Assembly (NCBI GenBank): GCA_016188775.1
Contig: JACPHC010000010.1
Location: forward strand, 31,333-95,332
Length of the DNA stretch: 64,000 nucleotides
Source: Parcubacteria group bacterium
GTDB lineage: Bacteria > Patescibacteriota > Minisyncoccia > JACPHC01
Direction: 5' to 3'
Shown: piece by piece, positions 48,375 to 57,517 of the stretch
Position numbering within the stretch: the first letter of the stretch is position 1
How the letters are laid out: the number at the start of each line of letters is the position of its first letter
Position numbers and translations under genes: made by a program
Notes under the pieces: model-generated
What the model was told of the DNA's origin: nothing
Seen by the model: the letters and a program-made list of their open reading frames with translations, nothing else
Databases searched by the model: none

Positions 48375-48969
48375 AAAAGGAATTGTTATAGCTTTTTTGG
48401 GGCGTTCCGGGTCCGGCAAAGGAACGCAAGCGAATCTTTTGGCGAAAAAATTTAATTTGAGAATTATTTCGACGGGCAATCTGGCTCGCGATTTTTCCAA
48501 AGAGAAATCAATGAGCGGAAAATTAATCGCTCAAATCCTGGAAAAAGGCGGATTTTTGCCTCATTGGCTGGCCAGTTTTTTATGGATGAGAGAAATAATC
48601 CAGAGTCAAGAACCTTTTTTGAGAATAGCGTTTGAAGGGTCGCCCAGAAAATCGGGCGAAGCTCGCGATATTGACGAGGTTTTTAATTTTTACGGCTTGA
48701 AAAATAATATTATCGCGTTTTATATTAATATCTCTCGCCAAGAAGCGATTAAAAGATTGCTTGCCAGGGGACGGGAAGATGATACAAAAAAAGCCATTGA
48801 AAATCGGTTGGATGAATTTGAAAAATTTGTCATTCCGGTTATTGAATATTACAAAAAAACTAAAAGACTAATCACCATTAACGGTCAACAGAGCGTGGAA
48901 GATGTTTTTAAAGAAATCGTCAAAAAACTAAAAGTAAAGAATGATTGCTCGATCCGAAAACGAAATTAA
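48361..48969 (+). CDS. adk: adenylate kinase
   Basis: IVIAFLGRSGSGKGTQANLLAKKF (P-loop); ORF-track start at 48310 is probably too far upstream. Confidence 0.8.
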   Translation: MIPFKKGIVIAFLGRSGSGKGTQANLLAKKFNLRIISTGNLARDFSKEKSMSGKLIAQILEKGGFLPHWLASFLWMREIIQSQEPFLRIAFEGSPRKSGEARDIDEVFNFYGLKNNIIAFYINISRQEAIKRLLARGREDDTKKAIENRLDEFEKFVIPVIEYYKKTKRLITINGQQSVEDVFKEIVKKLKVKNDCSIRKRN

Positions 48970-49702
48970 AAAATTAAGAGAAGCCGGCGGTATTTTAGCC
49001 GTGATTTTAAACGATGTCGCTAAGAAAGTTGTTCCCGGCATCTCGACTTTTGAACTTGATCAATACGCCGAAGAAGCTATTTTAAAATCCGGCAGTCAGC
49101 CGTCTTTTAAGGGTTATCGTCCGTGGGGCGTGGCAACGGCTTATCCGGCCAGTCTTTGCGTTTCCGTAAACGATACGGTTGTTCACGGATTGCCTTCTCA
49201 AAGACGCTTGAAAGAGGGAGAGATTATTAGTCTTGATTTAGGCTTGGAATGGCAAGGGCTTTTCGTGGACGCGGCCTTGACCGTTTCGGTCGGAATTCCC
49301 TTGCCGGAAATAAAGAGATTTTTGGAAATTACAAAACATTCTCTTGACATTGGCGTTGAAAAAGCGAGAGTCGGCAATCATATCGGCGATATCGGAGCCG
49401 CTATTGCCGATTACGCGGAAAAAGCGGGTTATTCAATAATTCGCGAACTGGTCGGACACGGCGTGGGAGAAGCGGTGCACGAGCCGCCGCAAATCCCGAA
49501 TTTTGGCCGGCCCGGCTCCGGCCCTTTGATCTTGGAAGGCATGGTTCTGGCCATTGAACCGATGGTCAGTCTTGGAAAATTTGACGTGATTTTAGCCGAT
49601 GACGGCTGGAGCTGGAAAACTAAAGACGGCAGTTTGGCGGCTCATTTTGAGCATACGATTTTGGTGACTAAAGAAGGGCCGGAGATTCTAACTAAAATCT
49701 AA
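48941..49702 (+). CDS. map: methionine aminopeptidase type I
   Basis: …VVHGLPS…DLGLEWQGLFVDAA…ELVGHGVGEAVHEPP…. Confidence 0.9.
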   Translation: MIARSENEIKKLREAGGILAVILNDVAKKVVPGISTFELDQYAEEAILKSGSQPSFKGYRPWGVATAYPASLCVSVNDTVVHGLPSQRRLKEGEIISLDLGLEWQGLFVDAALTVSVGIPLPEIKRFLEITKHSLDIGVEKARVGNHIGDIGAAIADYAEKAGYSIIRELVGHGVGEAVHEPPQIPNFGRPGSGPLILEGMVLAIEPMVSLGKFDVILADDGWSWKTKDGSLAAHFEHTILVTKEGPEILTKI

Positions 49703-49716
49703 TTTGTAAAATTTTA

Positions 49717-49906
49717 CAGCGTTGTTTACATTATCCTGCAGGTAATGAGCGCGAAAACACGCTATCAAATTTCCCAGCGAGAAATTTTCGCTTGTTTTCG
49801 GGCTCGCTCGTCTCCCTGCGGGAGACACCTGCCCGCTCGCCTTGCGAGACAGCTTTCTTAGCTCATTACCTGCAGGATACAATACATAAAAGTGTAAACA
49901 ACGCTC
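49717..49906. other. ~190-bp structured element with long two-part terminal inverted repeat and GC-rich hairpin interior
   Basis: cagcgttgtttaca…ttatcctgcaggtaatgagc at the left pairs with gctcattacctgcaggatac…tgtaaacaacgctc at the right; inner hairpins tctccctgcgggaga and gcgagaaattttcgc. Confidence 0.55.
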
Positions 49907-49928
49907 GGAATTCTTAAATCTAATTATT

Positions 49929-50312
49929 ATGCGTTATCTTGGTGTTGATTTTGGGACGAAAAAAATCGGTCTGGCTATTTCCGACGAGAAAGGCCAGATG
50001 GCTTTTCCGCTTCAGACGATCCTTTATAAAAGCGATCGTTTTGTTTTCGCTCGGCTTAAAGAAATTGTTGAAAAAAATCAAATTGAGCGGATTGTGGCCG
50101 GATTACCCGTCAGCATTCAAAAAACTCAAACGGATATTTCAAAGAAAGTTGAAAGATTCGCTCAAAAACTTTCCCAATCGACTGATCTTTCCGTTGATTT
50201 TGAACGGGAATTTATGACTACTAAAATCGCCAAAATCAGTTCGTCTAAAAAAATTGACGAAGCCTCGGCGGCCTTGATTCTCCAAAGTTATTTGGACAGA
50301 AAGAATCGTTAA
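49929..50312 (+). CDS. ruvX: Holliday junction resolvase-like YqgF/RuvX
   Basis: MRYLGVDFGTKKIGLAISDE. Confidence 0.85.
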   Translation: MRYLGVDFGTKKIGLAISDEKGQMAFPLQTILYKSDRFVFARLKEIVEKNQIERIVAGLPVSIQKTQTDISKKVERFAQKLSQSTDLSVDFEREFMTTKIAKISSSKKIDEASAALILQSYLDRKNR

Positions 50313-50362
50313 GGTATAATAATATTATAGACTTCTTGCGAAATAATTTTTTAAAAATCCAT

Positions 50363-50512
50363 TTCCTTCGCTTATAATGATTAAAGAAGTTATTCTAAAA
50401 ATTTTTAAGGTCGAGGCGCTTTAATTAAATTATATAATCCGCCGAGGGTGCCTAAAAAATTTTAGAATAACTTCTTGTTATTATTCTGAAAAATTATTTC
50501 GCAAAAAGTCTT
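50363..50512. repeat. family A hairpin element copy 4 (A1 subtype) forming the 5' region of the GT2 gene
   Basis: Same TTATAAT + arm + core + arm + conserved tail as copy 1; ends at the ATG of the 50513 gene. Confidence 0.85.
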
Positions 50513-51262
50513 ATGAAACCATATTTATCAATTATTATTCCGGCTTATTACGAAGAGCATCGGATTGAAAAAACGCTTCGCGAGTCGGATAAATATCTGC
50601 GATCTCAAAAATACGATTACGAAATTTTAGTCGTTAACGACGGTTCAAAAGACAAAACCGCTGATGTCGTGAAAAGGCTTGTTTCGGAAATCGCGAATTT
50701 AAGATTGATTGACAATAAAATCAATCAAGGCAAGGGTAGCGTGGTTAGGCAAGGAATGCTGGAGGCTCAAGGCCAGTTTCGGCTTTTTATGGACGCGGAT
50801 AATTCAGTTTCTTTAGATCAGGTCGCGAATTTTTTTCCTCGTCTTTGCGGCGCCAAAAACGCCGGTTCGGAATGTTTTGATATTGTTATTGGCTCGATTG
50901 AGGTGGAGGGCGCTAAAATCGAAGAGCAGTCCCAGTGGTATCGGAGAGCTTTGGGGAGATTTTCCAAATATTTAATCAGATTGATTTCCGGCCTTCGGGA
51001 GATTCACGATTCCCAGCGGGGTTTTAAAATTTTTTCGGAAAAGGCCGCTTTGCGAATATTTCCCAAACAGACAATCGCGCGCTGGGGTTTTGATATTGAA
51101 ATTTTGCTTATTGCCAAGCGTCAAGGATTTAAAATCAAAGAGGTGCCGGTGGTTTGGATTAATCCGCCGGAATCCAAAGTGACTTTAAAGGCTTATATTA
51201 AAACTTTCGGCGAGCTTTTGAAAATCAAATGGAATGATATAAGAGGAAGATATGCCCAGTAG
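50513..51262 (+). CDS. family 2 glycosyltransferase (dolichyl/polyprenyl-phosphate glycosyltransferase-like)
   Basis: LSIIIPAYYEE…VVNDGSKDKT…DAD: GT-A fold motifs. Confidence 0.8.
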   Translation: MKPYLSIIIPAYYEEHRIEKTLRESDKYLRSQKYDYEILVVNDGSKDKTADVVKRLVSEIANLRLIDNKINQGKGSVVRQGMLEAQGQFRLFMDADNSVSLDQVANFFPRLCGAKNAGSECFDIVIGSIEVEGAKIEEQSQWYRRALGRFSKYLIRLISGLREIHDSQRGFKIFSEKAALRIFPKQTIARWGFDIEILLIAKRQGFKIKEVPVVWINPPESKVTLKAYIKTFGELLKIKWNDIRGRYAQ

Positions 51263-51394
51263 TGAAATTTCGATAGATTTCTTTTCTGTCATCTGATTAT
51301 TACTCTCTACTTGGCAAAGTATATTTATTATTAACAATTCCGACTTCTTGTCTTAAGAAATCTTAATGACAGAATCGAAATTCTACTACTGAGT
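51255..51394. repeat. family B inverted-repeat element copy 2, ending at the galT ATG
   Basis: cccagtagtgaaatttcgat … atcgaaattctactactgagt. Confidence 0.8.
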
Positions 51395-52411
51395 ATGTCC
51401 GGTAAAAATCAAATTCAAAAATCCGTTTCCGAATTACGGCAAGATTTGGTTTCCGGCGATTGGGTGGTTATTGCCACCGGTCGGGCCAAAAGGCCGAATT
51501 TTTTTAAAGAAAAAAAGATTATGCCGGATCAACCGGTCCAAGCTTGCCCTTTTGAAAATCCGCAAAAATCAACTCACGGCGACCCTTTCTATGTTAGTCC
51601 GAATTTAAAAAATTGGTGGGTGCAGGTGGTTGGCAATAAATATCCGGCTTTTGGCCCGGGCAATTGCCTTATTTTGACTAAAAACGGGCCGTATTCTCAA
51701 ATAGACGGAGCCGGTTTTCACGAATTAGTGATTACTCGCGATCACAAAAGAAGCATTGCCGAAATGTCGGCTAAAGAAGTGGAAGCGATAATTTTAGCCT
51801 ATAAAAATCGTTATTCAGAACATTCCAAAAGCGAATGCGTGGAATATATTTCTATTTTTCACAATCACGGCCCGGCGGCCGGCGCTTCCATTTCCCATCC
51901 CCATTCGCAAATTATCGCTATTCCGGTCGTGCCGCCTGACGTGGGTCGGTCATTGAACGGTTCGGCCGATTATTTTAAAAAAAATAAAAAGCGCGTTCAT
52001 GACGTGATGCTGGATTTTGAAATGAAAGAGCAAACGAGAATCGTTTACGAAAATAAAGATTTTGTTTCGCTTTGCCCTTTTGTTTCCCGCTCCATTTTTG
52101 AAGTTCGGATTTTTCCCAAAAAACACAATCCTTATTTTGAAGATATAAAAACCGAAGAAGTTAAAACTTTAGCCGATATTTTACAAAAAACGCTAAGCAA
52201 GATTTTTAAGGGATTAAATAATCCTTCTTATAATTTTTTTATTCATACCAGTCCGACCAAGGATCGGGAATTTTACGATCATTATCATTGGCATATTGAA
52301 ATTTTGCCTCGGGCTTCGGTTTGGGGCGGAGTGGAGTTGGGCATTGGCATTGAAATTTTAACCGTTTTGCCCGAAGACGCGGCCGAATACTTGCGCGGCA
52401 TAAAAATATAG
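51395..52411 (+). CDS. galT: galactose-1-phosphate uridylyltransferase family (HIT superfamily)
   Basis: …CPFENPQ…ISHPHSQIIAIPVVP: HxHxQ nucleotidyl-transfer motif. Confidence 0.7.
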   Translation: MSGKNQIQKSVSELRQDLVSGDWVVIATGRAKRPNFFKEKKIMPDQPVQACPFENPQKSTHGDPFYVSPNLKNWWVQVVGNKYPAFGPGNCLILTKNGPYSQIDGAGFHELVITRDHKRSIAEMSAKEVEAIILAYKNRYSEHSKSECVEYISIFHNHGPAAGASISHPHSQIIAIPVVPPDVGRSLNGSADYFKKNKKRVHDVMLDFEMKEQTRIVYENKDFVSLCPFVSRSIFEVRIFPKKHNPYFEDIKTEEVKTLADILQKTLSKIFKGLNNPSYNFFIHTSPTKDREFYDHYHWHIEILPRASVWGGVELGIGIEILTVLPEDAAEYLRGIKI

Positions 52412-52502
52412 ACTTTTTTCAAAATAATTTTTCAGAAATAAATCGCTTCGGAAACGGATTTTTAAAATCGCCATAGCCATGAGATCGTACAAAAATTCAA
52501 TC

Positions 52503-52638
52503 ATTTGTCATTGCGAGAAGCGAAGAGACGAAGCAATCTCATTTGTCATTGCGAGGAGGAATGAAGCGACGAAGCAATCTCTAAAATCAGCCAAGAAATG
52601 AGATTTCTTCGGCGATTCCATCGCCTCGCAATGACGAT
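52503..52638. repeat. family F: two direct ~40-bp repeats (TTTGTCATTGCGAG…GCGAAGCAATCTC) plus an inverted partial copy
   Basis: Units 52503-52540 and 52541-52581 abut; cctcgcaatgacgat at 52624-52638 is the reverse complement of the unit start; a related unit lies at 18768-18808; no spacers, so not CRISPR. Confidence 0.7.
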
Positions 52639-52664
52639 TGTTTCGCAATATTTTAAAAATCTAT

Positions 52665-52815
52665 TTCCTTCGCTTATAATGATTAAAGAGATTATTCTAA
52701 AAATTTTTAAGGTCGAGGCTCTTTAATTAAATTATATAATCCGCCGAGGGTACCTGAAAAATTTTAGAATAACTTCTTGTTATTATTTCGAAAAATTATT
52801 TCGCAAAAAAGTTTT
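52665..52815. repeat. family A hairpin element copy 5 (A1 subtype) forming the tpiA 5' region
   Basis: Same architecture as copies 1 and 4; ends at the ATG at 52816. Confidence 0.85.
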
Positions 52816-53556
52816 ATGAAAAAAATTATTATTGCCAATTGGAAAATGAATCCCCAAAGCGCCAAAGAGGCGATTAGTCTTTTTGATCAAGTTATTAAAG
52901 CGGCCGCCCGATTAAAAAATCTTGATTTAATTTTTTGTCCGCCTTTTGTTTGGCTTGGCGTCATTTCGGAAAAATTGAAAAAAATAAAAAAGATCCTGCC
53001 TGCCGCAGGCAGGATCTTTTTGGGAGCCCAGGATATTTTTTGGCAATCCAGGGGCGCTTTTACCGGCGAAATTTCCGGCCCGATGCTGAAAAATTTAGAC
53101 TGTCAATATGTCATTATCGGCCATTCGGAGCGGCGATGGATAATCGGAGAGACCAATGAAATCGTCAATAAAAAATTTTTAGCCGCTCTGAATTTCGGTC
53201 TCATTCCCATTTTGGCCGTGGGAGAGAAAGAAAGAAAAAAGGATTTTCTGGATTTTTTGAAAAATCAACTTGAAGAATCAATAAAAGACGTTTCGAAAGA
53301 AGCGAAATTTATTATCGCTTACGAACCGGTCTGGGCGATTGGAACCGGTCTTCCCGATCGGCCCGAAGATACTGAATTAGCGGTTAATTTTATTAAAAAA
53401 ATAGCGGGAGAAAATTTGATTTTATACGGCGGTTCGGTGACATCAAAAAATATCAAGAGTTTTTTGGAAAAAGCCGGAGTGGACGGCGCCTTGGTGGGCG
53501 GAGCGAGTTTGGACGCGAAAGAATTCGCCAAGATATTAAAAATTGCCAATTTATGA
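52816..53556 (+). CDS. tpiA: triosephosphate isomerase
   Basis: MKKIIIANWKMN…AYEPVWAIGTG; ORF-track start at 52777 lies inside the repeat element. Confidence 0.9.
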   Translation: MKKIIIANWKMNPQSAKEAISLFDQVIKAAARLKNLDLIFCPPFVWLGVISEKLKKIKKILPAAGRIFLGAQDIFWQSRGAFTGEISGPMLKNLDCQYVIIGHSERRWIIGETNEIVNKKFLAALNFGLIPILAVGEKERKKDFLDFLKNQLEESIKDVSKEAKFIIAYEPVWAIGTGLPDRPEDTELAVNFIKKIAGENLILYGGSVTSKNIKSFLEKAGVDGALVGGASLDAKEFAKILKIANL

Positions 53557-54719
53557 TTCGCTCCATCACTAAAGTTAAATTAAAAAATAAGAAAGTTCTT
53601 GTTAGGGTTGATTTTAACGTGCCAATTAAAAACGGCAAAGTTGTTGACGATTTCCGAATCAAAGAAGCGATTCCAACGATTCAATATGTTTTAAAAAAAG
53701 GAGGGAGTATTATCGTAGCGGCTCATTTGGGCCGGCCTCAAGGGAAAATTGTTCCGGAATTAAGCATGAAGCCGGTGGCGAAAAAACTTTCCCAGCTTAT
53801 TAAAAGAAAAGTGGATTTTATCGCTGATTCTCCGGATTCAAAAAATATTTTTGAAAAGATTAAAAAAAGGGGGGAAATATTTTTTTTGGAAAATTTGCGT
53901 TTTAGCGGCCAAGAAGAAGCGAATGATGAAAATTTTGCCCGGCATTTAGCCGGCCTGGCTGACGTTTACGTCAATGAAGCGTTTTCCGATTCTCATCGAA
54001 CTCACTCTTCCATTGTCGGCGTTCCGAAATTTTTGCCTTCCTGTGCCGGACTTTTGTTTATGAAAGAATACAGGGCGCTTTCAAGGGCTCTGCATCAAAA
54101 GAAACGACCTTACGTGGTGATTATGGGCGGGGCAAAAGTGGCGACTAAATTTCCGTATTTAGTGAAATTTTTTACCATTGCCGATGAGGTAATTTTAGGC
54201 GGTATCATCGCCAACACCTTTTTAAAAGCCAAAGGGCTTTCGGTCGGTAAATCTTTATTTGAAGAAGAAGTGGCCGAAGAGGCCAGAAAAATGGAAATTA
54301 CTTCTCTCAAGCTTCATTTGCCGGTTGATGTCGTGGTTTCAATAAATTTATCCGGGCGAGGCGAGGTTTTCGCTCGAGGAGCCGGCGGAGTTTTAAAAAA
54401 TGAGTATATTTTGGATATCGGACCGGATTCAGTATTGCTTTTTGAAAGCATTATTAAAAAAGCGAAAATGATTATTTGGAACGGGCCGATGGGACTGACC
54501 GAAGTTCCGAAATTCGCCAAAGGGACCGAGGCTATTGCTTTGGCTGTTGCCAAGGCCAAAGCTTGGAGTTTGGTTGGCGGCGGGGACGTTATCGCCGCGA
54601 TTGACAAATTAGGCCTTCGGCATAAAATGAATCATATTTCCACGGCCGGCGGCGCCATGCTTGCCTATTTAGCCGGCGAGAAATTACCTGGAGTGGAAGC
54701 GTTAAAAAATCAAAATTAA
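53553..54719 (+). CDS. pgk: phosphoglycerate kinase
   Basis: …KVLVRVDFNVP…; overlaps the tpiA stop by 4 bp. Confidence 0.9.
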   Translation: MIRSITKVKLKNKKVLVRVDFNVPIKNGKVVDDFRIKEAIPTIQYVLKKGGSIIVAAHLGRPQGKIVPELSMKPVAKKLSQLIKRKVDFIADSPDSKNIFEKIKKRGEIFFLENLRFSGQEEANDENFARHLAGLADVYVNEAFSDSHRTHSSIVGVPKFLPSCAGLLFMKEYRALSRALHQKKRPYVVIMGGAKVATKFPYLVKFFTIADEVILGGIIANTFLKAKGLSVGKSLFEEEVAEEARKMEITSLKLHLPVDVVVSINLSGRGEVFARGAGGVLKNEYILDIGPDSVLLFESIIKKAKMIIWNGPMGLTEVPKFAKGTEAIALAVAKAKAWSLVGGGDVIAAIDKLGLRHKMNHISTAGGAMLAYLAGEKLPGVEALKNQN

Positions 54720-54721
54720 AA

Positions 54722-55558
54722 ATGCCTAAAATTTTAGTCACTCATATTAATCCTCATTTGGACGATATCGCCGCTTTTTGGCTTTTTCAGCGTTTCCATC
54801 CGGATTTTCAAGACGCTGAATTGAAATTTTTAAGCCAGCATCACAGTCCGACCTGGGAAAATAAACCCGTTGATTCCGATCTGGACGTGATTCATCTTGG
54901 CGTGGGACGGGGAATGTTTGATGAGCACCGAGGCCTGCCGGACGAATCAACCACATCTTTAGTTTGGAAGTGGCTCAAAGAAAAAAAATTAGGACCCCAA
55001 GAAGAAATTTTGGAAAAAGCGATTGATAAGTTTGTGGAGCAGGTGCGGCTTGAAGACACCGGACATTTCATTCAAAGAGAATTCAGTCTGCCTTCCGTTA
55101 TTTCCGGCCTCAATATTTTTTTTCGCGATTCTATAAAAACTTCGAAAACTATTTTTCCCATTTTGGACGGACTGGTTGAATTTTTGAAGACCGAAGTTAT
55201 TTTGGATCAGGATTGGCCCAAGAGAATTGAGTTTGAAACGGCTTGGGGGAAAGGGGTGGCTTTGGAAAGTCAATCCCGGCCGTATGATTACGGTTATCAT
55301 CGAGGATTTGAGATTGTCATTTCCCTCAATCCCGTCAATGGTTGGCGAAGCATTCGGGCCAAAGGTCCAAGCAATATTGATTTGACGCCGGTTTATGGAA
55401 AATTAAAAGAAATTGATCTCAAAACCGACTGGTATTTTCACCATTCCAAAAAAATGATTATTAATGGCGGCGATGTGGCGCCCGAGGTCAAAGTTTCCCG
55501 ATTATCACTTTCCGAGTTAATTAAAATTGTCGTTCAATCCAAGCCCTCCGCCTTATAG
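54722..55558 (+). CDS. hypothetical protein, possibly MYG1/UPF0160-like metal-dependent hydrolase
   Basis: ILVTHINPHLDDIAAFWLF and GMFDEHRG resemble MYG1 motifs; weak. Confidence 0.35.
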   Translation: MPKILVTHINPHLDDIAAFWLFQRFHPDFQDAELKFLSQHHSPTWENKPVDSDLDVIHLGVGRGMFDEHRGLPDESTTSLVWKWLKEKKLGPQEEILEKAIDKFVEQVRLEDTGHFIQREFSLPSVISGLNIFFRDSIKTSKTIFPILDGLVEFLKTEVILDQDWPKRIEFETAWGKGVALESQSRPYDYGYHRGFEIVISLNPVNGWRSIRAKGPSNIDLTPVYGKLKEIDLKTDWYFHHSKKMIINGGDVAPEVKVSRLSLSELIKIVVQSKPSAL

Positions 55559-55672
55559 GGCCTATTTTTAGCTATTTTTTGCAAAGGAATCACAAAATCG
55601 TTTAAGAAATAATCTTCGCGCATAACATAACTATTGCGCTTATTCTATTTTTTCGTTATCATTTGAATAAGT

Positions 55673-56008
55673 ATGCAAAAGAGAAATATTTATGGCGAGC
55701 GAAGTCGAATCACCAAGCAAATAAAGAAAGAGCTAAAAGATAAAAAAGCGCTTGTTCAGTGCGCGGAGAATTTCAATGTGATAGGCGATTTTACCCGGCT
55801 TAAGGTTTGTTATCTTCTATGCCATCATAAGGGGCTGTCGGTCGGAGAAATCGCCGATGTTGTGGGAATTTCAATATCGGCCGTCTCGCACACCCTCAAA
55901 AAATTGCAGGAGGCTAAAATTGCTGAAAGTTATCGAGTTCACCGCAATGTCTATTATCAACTAAAAAAGTCGCCATTTACCAACATCATAAAAAGCCAAT
56001 TTAAATAA
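55673..56008 (+). CDS. ArsR/SmtB-family metalloregulator
   Basis: wHTH …LKVCYLLCHHKGLSVGEIADVVGISISAVSHTLKKLQEAKIAES; candidate metal-sensing Cys (CYLLCHH). Confidence 0.8.
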   Translation: MQKRNIYGERSRITKQIKKELKDKKALVQCAENFNVIGDFTRLKVCYLLCHHKGLSVGEIADVVGISISAVSHTLKKLQEAKIAESYRVHRNVYYQLKKSPFTNIIKSQFK

Positions 56009-56015
56009 CATGAAC

Positions 56016-56080
56016 CCCGTTAGAAACTAAAAAGCGGGACAATAAAATTATGACTAAGCAAAATAAAATTTCTAACGGGG
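56016..56080. repeat. family E inverted-repeat element copy 2, overlapping the merA start
   Basis: ccccgttagaaa … tttctaacgggg. Confidence 0.65.
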
Positions 56081-57513
56081 TGGAAGCATTTGATTATCAA
56101 TTTATTATAGTCGGGGGCGGAGCCGCGGGTTTCGCGGCCGCCATCAAGGCGGATTCTTTGAAAATTAAAACTTTGATGATTTCGGGCGGAAAAGTGCCTC
56201 TTGGCGGCACATGCATCAATGTCGGCTGCATGCCGTCTAAAAGATTGCTTGCCGTGGCGGAGGCCTACTGGAATGCTAAACACAGCAAATTTGATGGAGT
56301 ACAAAATTCCGCGCCAAAATTAAATTTTGAAGAAGTCGTCAAATCAAAAGACGCTCTTATCGGTAAACTTCAAAGCAAGGCGTACGCCGGCACTCTTAAA
56401 TTTTTGGTTTACGTGACGCTTAAAGAAGGAGACGCGAAATTTATTGATGAGCGCGCGATCGAAGTAAATGGCGAGAAAATCACGGGGGAAAAGTTCCTTA
56501 TTTCAACGGGGTCATCCGCTTTTATTCCGCCGATTTCCGGATTGGATAGCGTGGATTATTTGACCAATATTGAAGCGTTGAGTTTAAAAGAATTGCCGAA
56601 ATCAATGATTATTTTAGGTGGCGGGCCCCTGGGTCTTGAATTTTCCCAAATCTATAGCCGTTTTGGAACAAAGGTTACGGTCTTGCAATCAGCTGAAAGA
56701 ATTGCCGACCGCGAAGAGCCGGAATTATCCAATTTTCTCCGAAAAAAATTAGAAGAGGAAGGAATTACAATCTATACTTCCGCGCGAACTAAAAGTGTTA
56801 GCCGGCGCGATGGCTTTATCGAGGTTCAAACAGATGTGCGCGGTAAAGAAATTATAATCAAGGCGGAAAAAATTTTGGTGGCAACTGGAGTAAGAGCCAA
56901 TACTCAATCTTTGAACCTCGAAAGCATCGGTGTCGGTATCGGCAAAAAAGGAGGAGTAATAACCAACGAATTTTTACAGACAGACCTCCCTCATATATTT
57001 GCGGCTGGCGATGTTGTGGACCAGTATGGCGATGAGGTTAATCCCAAATTAGAGACAACCGCCGGAAGAGAGGGCTTTGTCGCCGCGTCCAATCTTCTCG
57101 AAAATAAGGGCATCAAAATAGATTTTCGCTCTACTCCGCGTGCTATTTTCACCGACCCGTCGCTCGTCAGCGTCGGCCTTACCGATGCCCAAATCGTCAA
57201 GCAAAGCGGGCTTACCTGTGGCTGCCGCGCTCTGAGCTTGGAACTTGTTCCAAAAGCGCATATTTTAGAAGCGGCGGACGGCTTAATTAAAATGGCAATA
57301 GACGCCAAAACAGAAGAAGTTATCGGTATCCACATGGCGGGAGCAAGAGCGGACGAAATTATTTCAATGGCAAGTTTTATTATCAAGAACAGAATGAAGT
57401 TGGACGACATTATTGAAAACACGTTTATCTTTCCGACTATGGCCGAATCAATCAAATGGGTCGCCCAATCCTTCAGGAAAGATGTCAGCAAACTTTCCTG
57501 CTGCACGGAATAG
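56050..57513 (+). CDS. merA: mercuric reductase (core, without NmerA domain)
   Basis: FAD site FIIVGGGAAGFAAA; redox-active GGTCINVGCMPSK; C-terminal vicinal Cys pair (KLSCCTE) characteristic of MerA. Confidence 0.7.
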   Translation: MTKQNKISNGVEAFDYQFIIVGGGAAGFAAAIKADSLKIKTLMISGGKVPLGGTCINVGCMPSKRLLAVAEAYWNAKHSKFDGVQNSAPKLNFEEVVKSKDALIGKLQSKAYAGTLKFLVYVTLKEGDAKFIDERAIEVNGEKITGEKFLISTGSSAFIPPISGLDSVDYLTNIEALSLKELPKSMIILGGGPLGLEFSQIYSRFGTKVTVLQSAERIADREEPELSNFLRKKLEEEGITIYTSARTKSVSRRDGFIEVQTDVRGKEIIIKAEKILVATGVRANTQSLNLESIGVGIGKKGGVITNEFLQTDLPHIFAAGDVVDQYGDEVNPKLETTAGREGFVAASNLLENKGIKIDFRSTPRAIFTDPSLVSVGLTDAQIVKQSGLTCGCRALSLELVPKAHILEAADGLIKMAIDAKTEEVIGIHMAGARADEIISMASFIIKNRMKLDDIIENTFIFPTMAESIKWVAQSFRKDVSKLSCCTE

Positions 57514-57517
57514 AATT

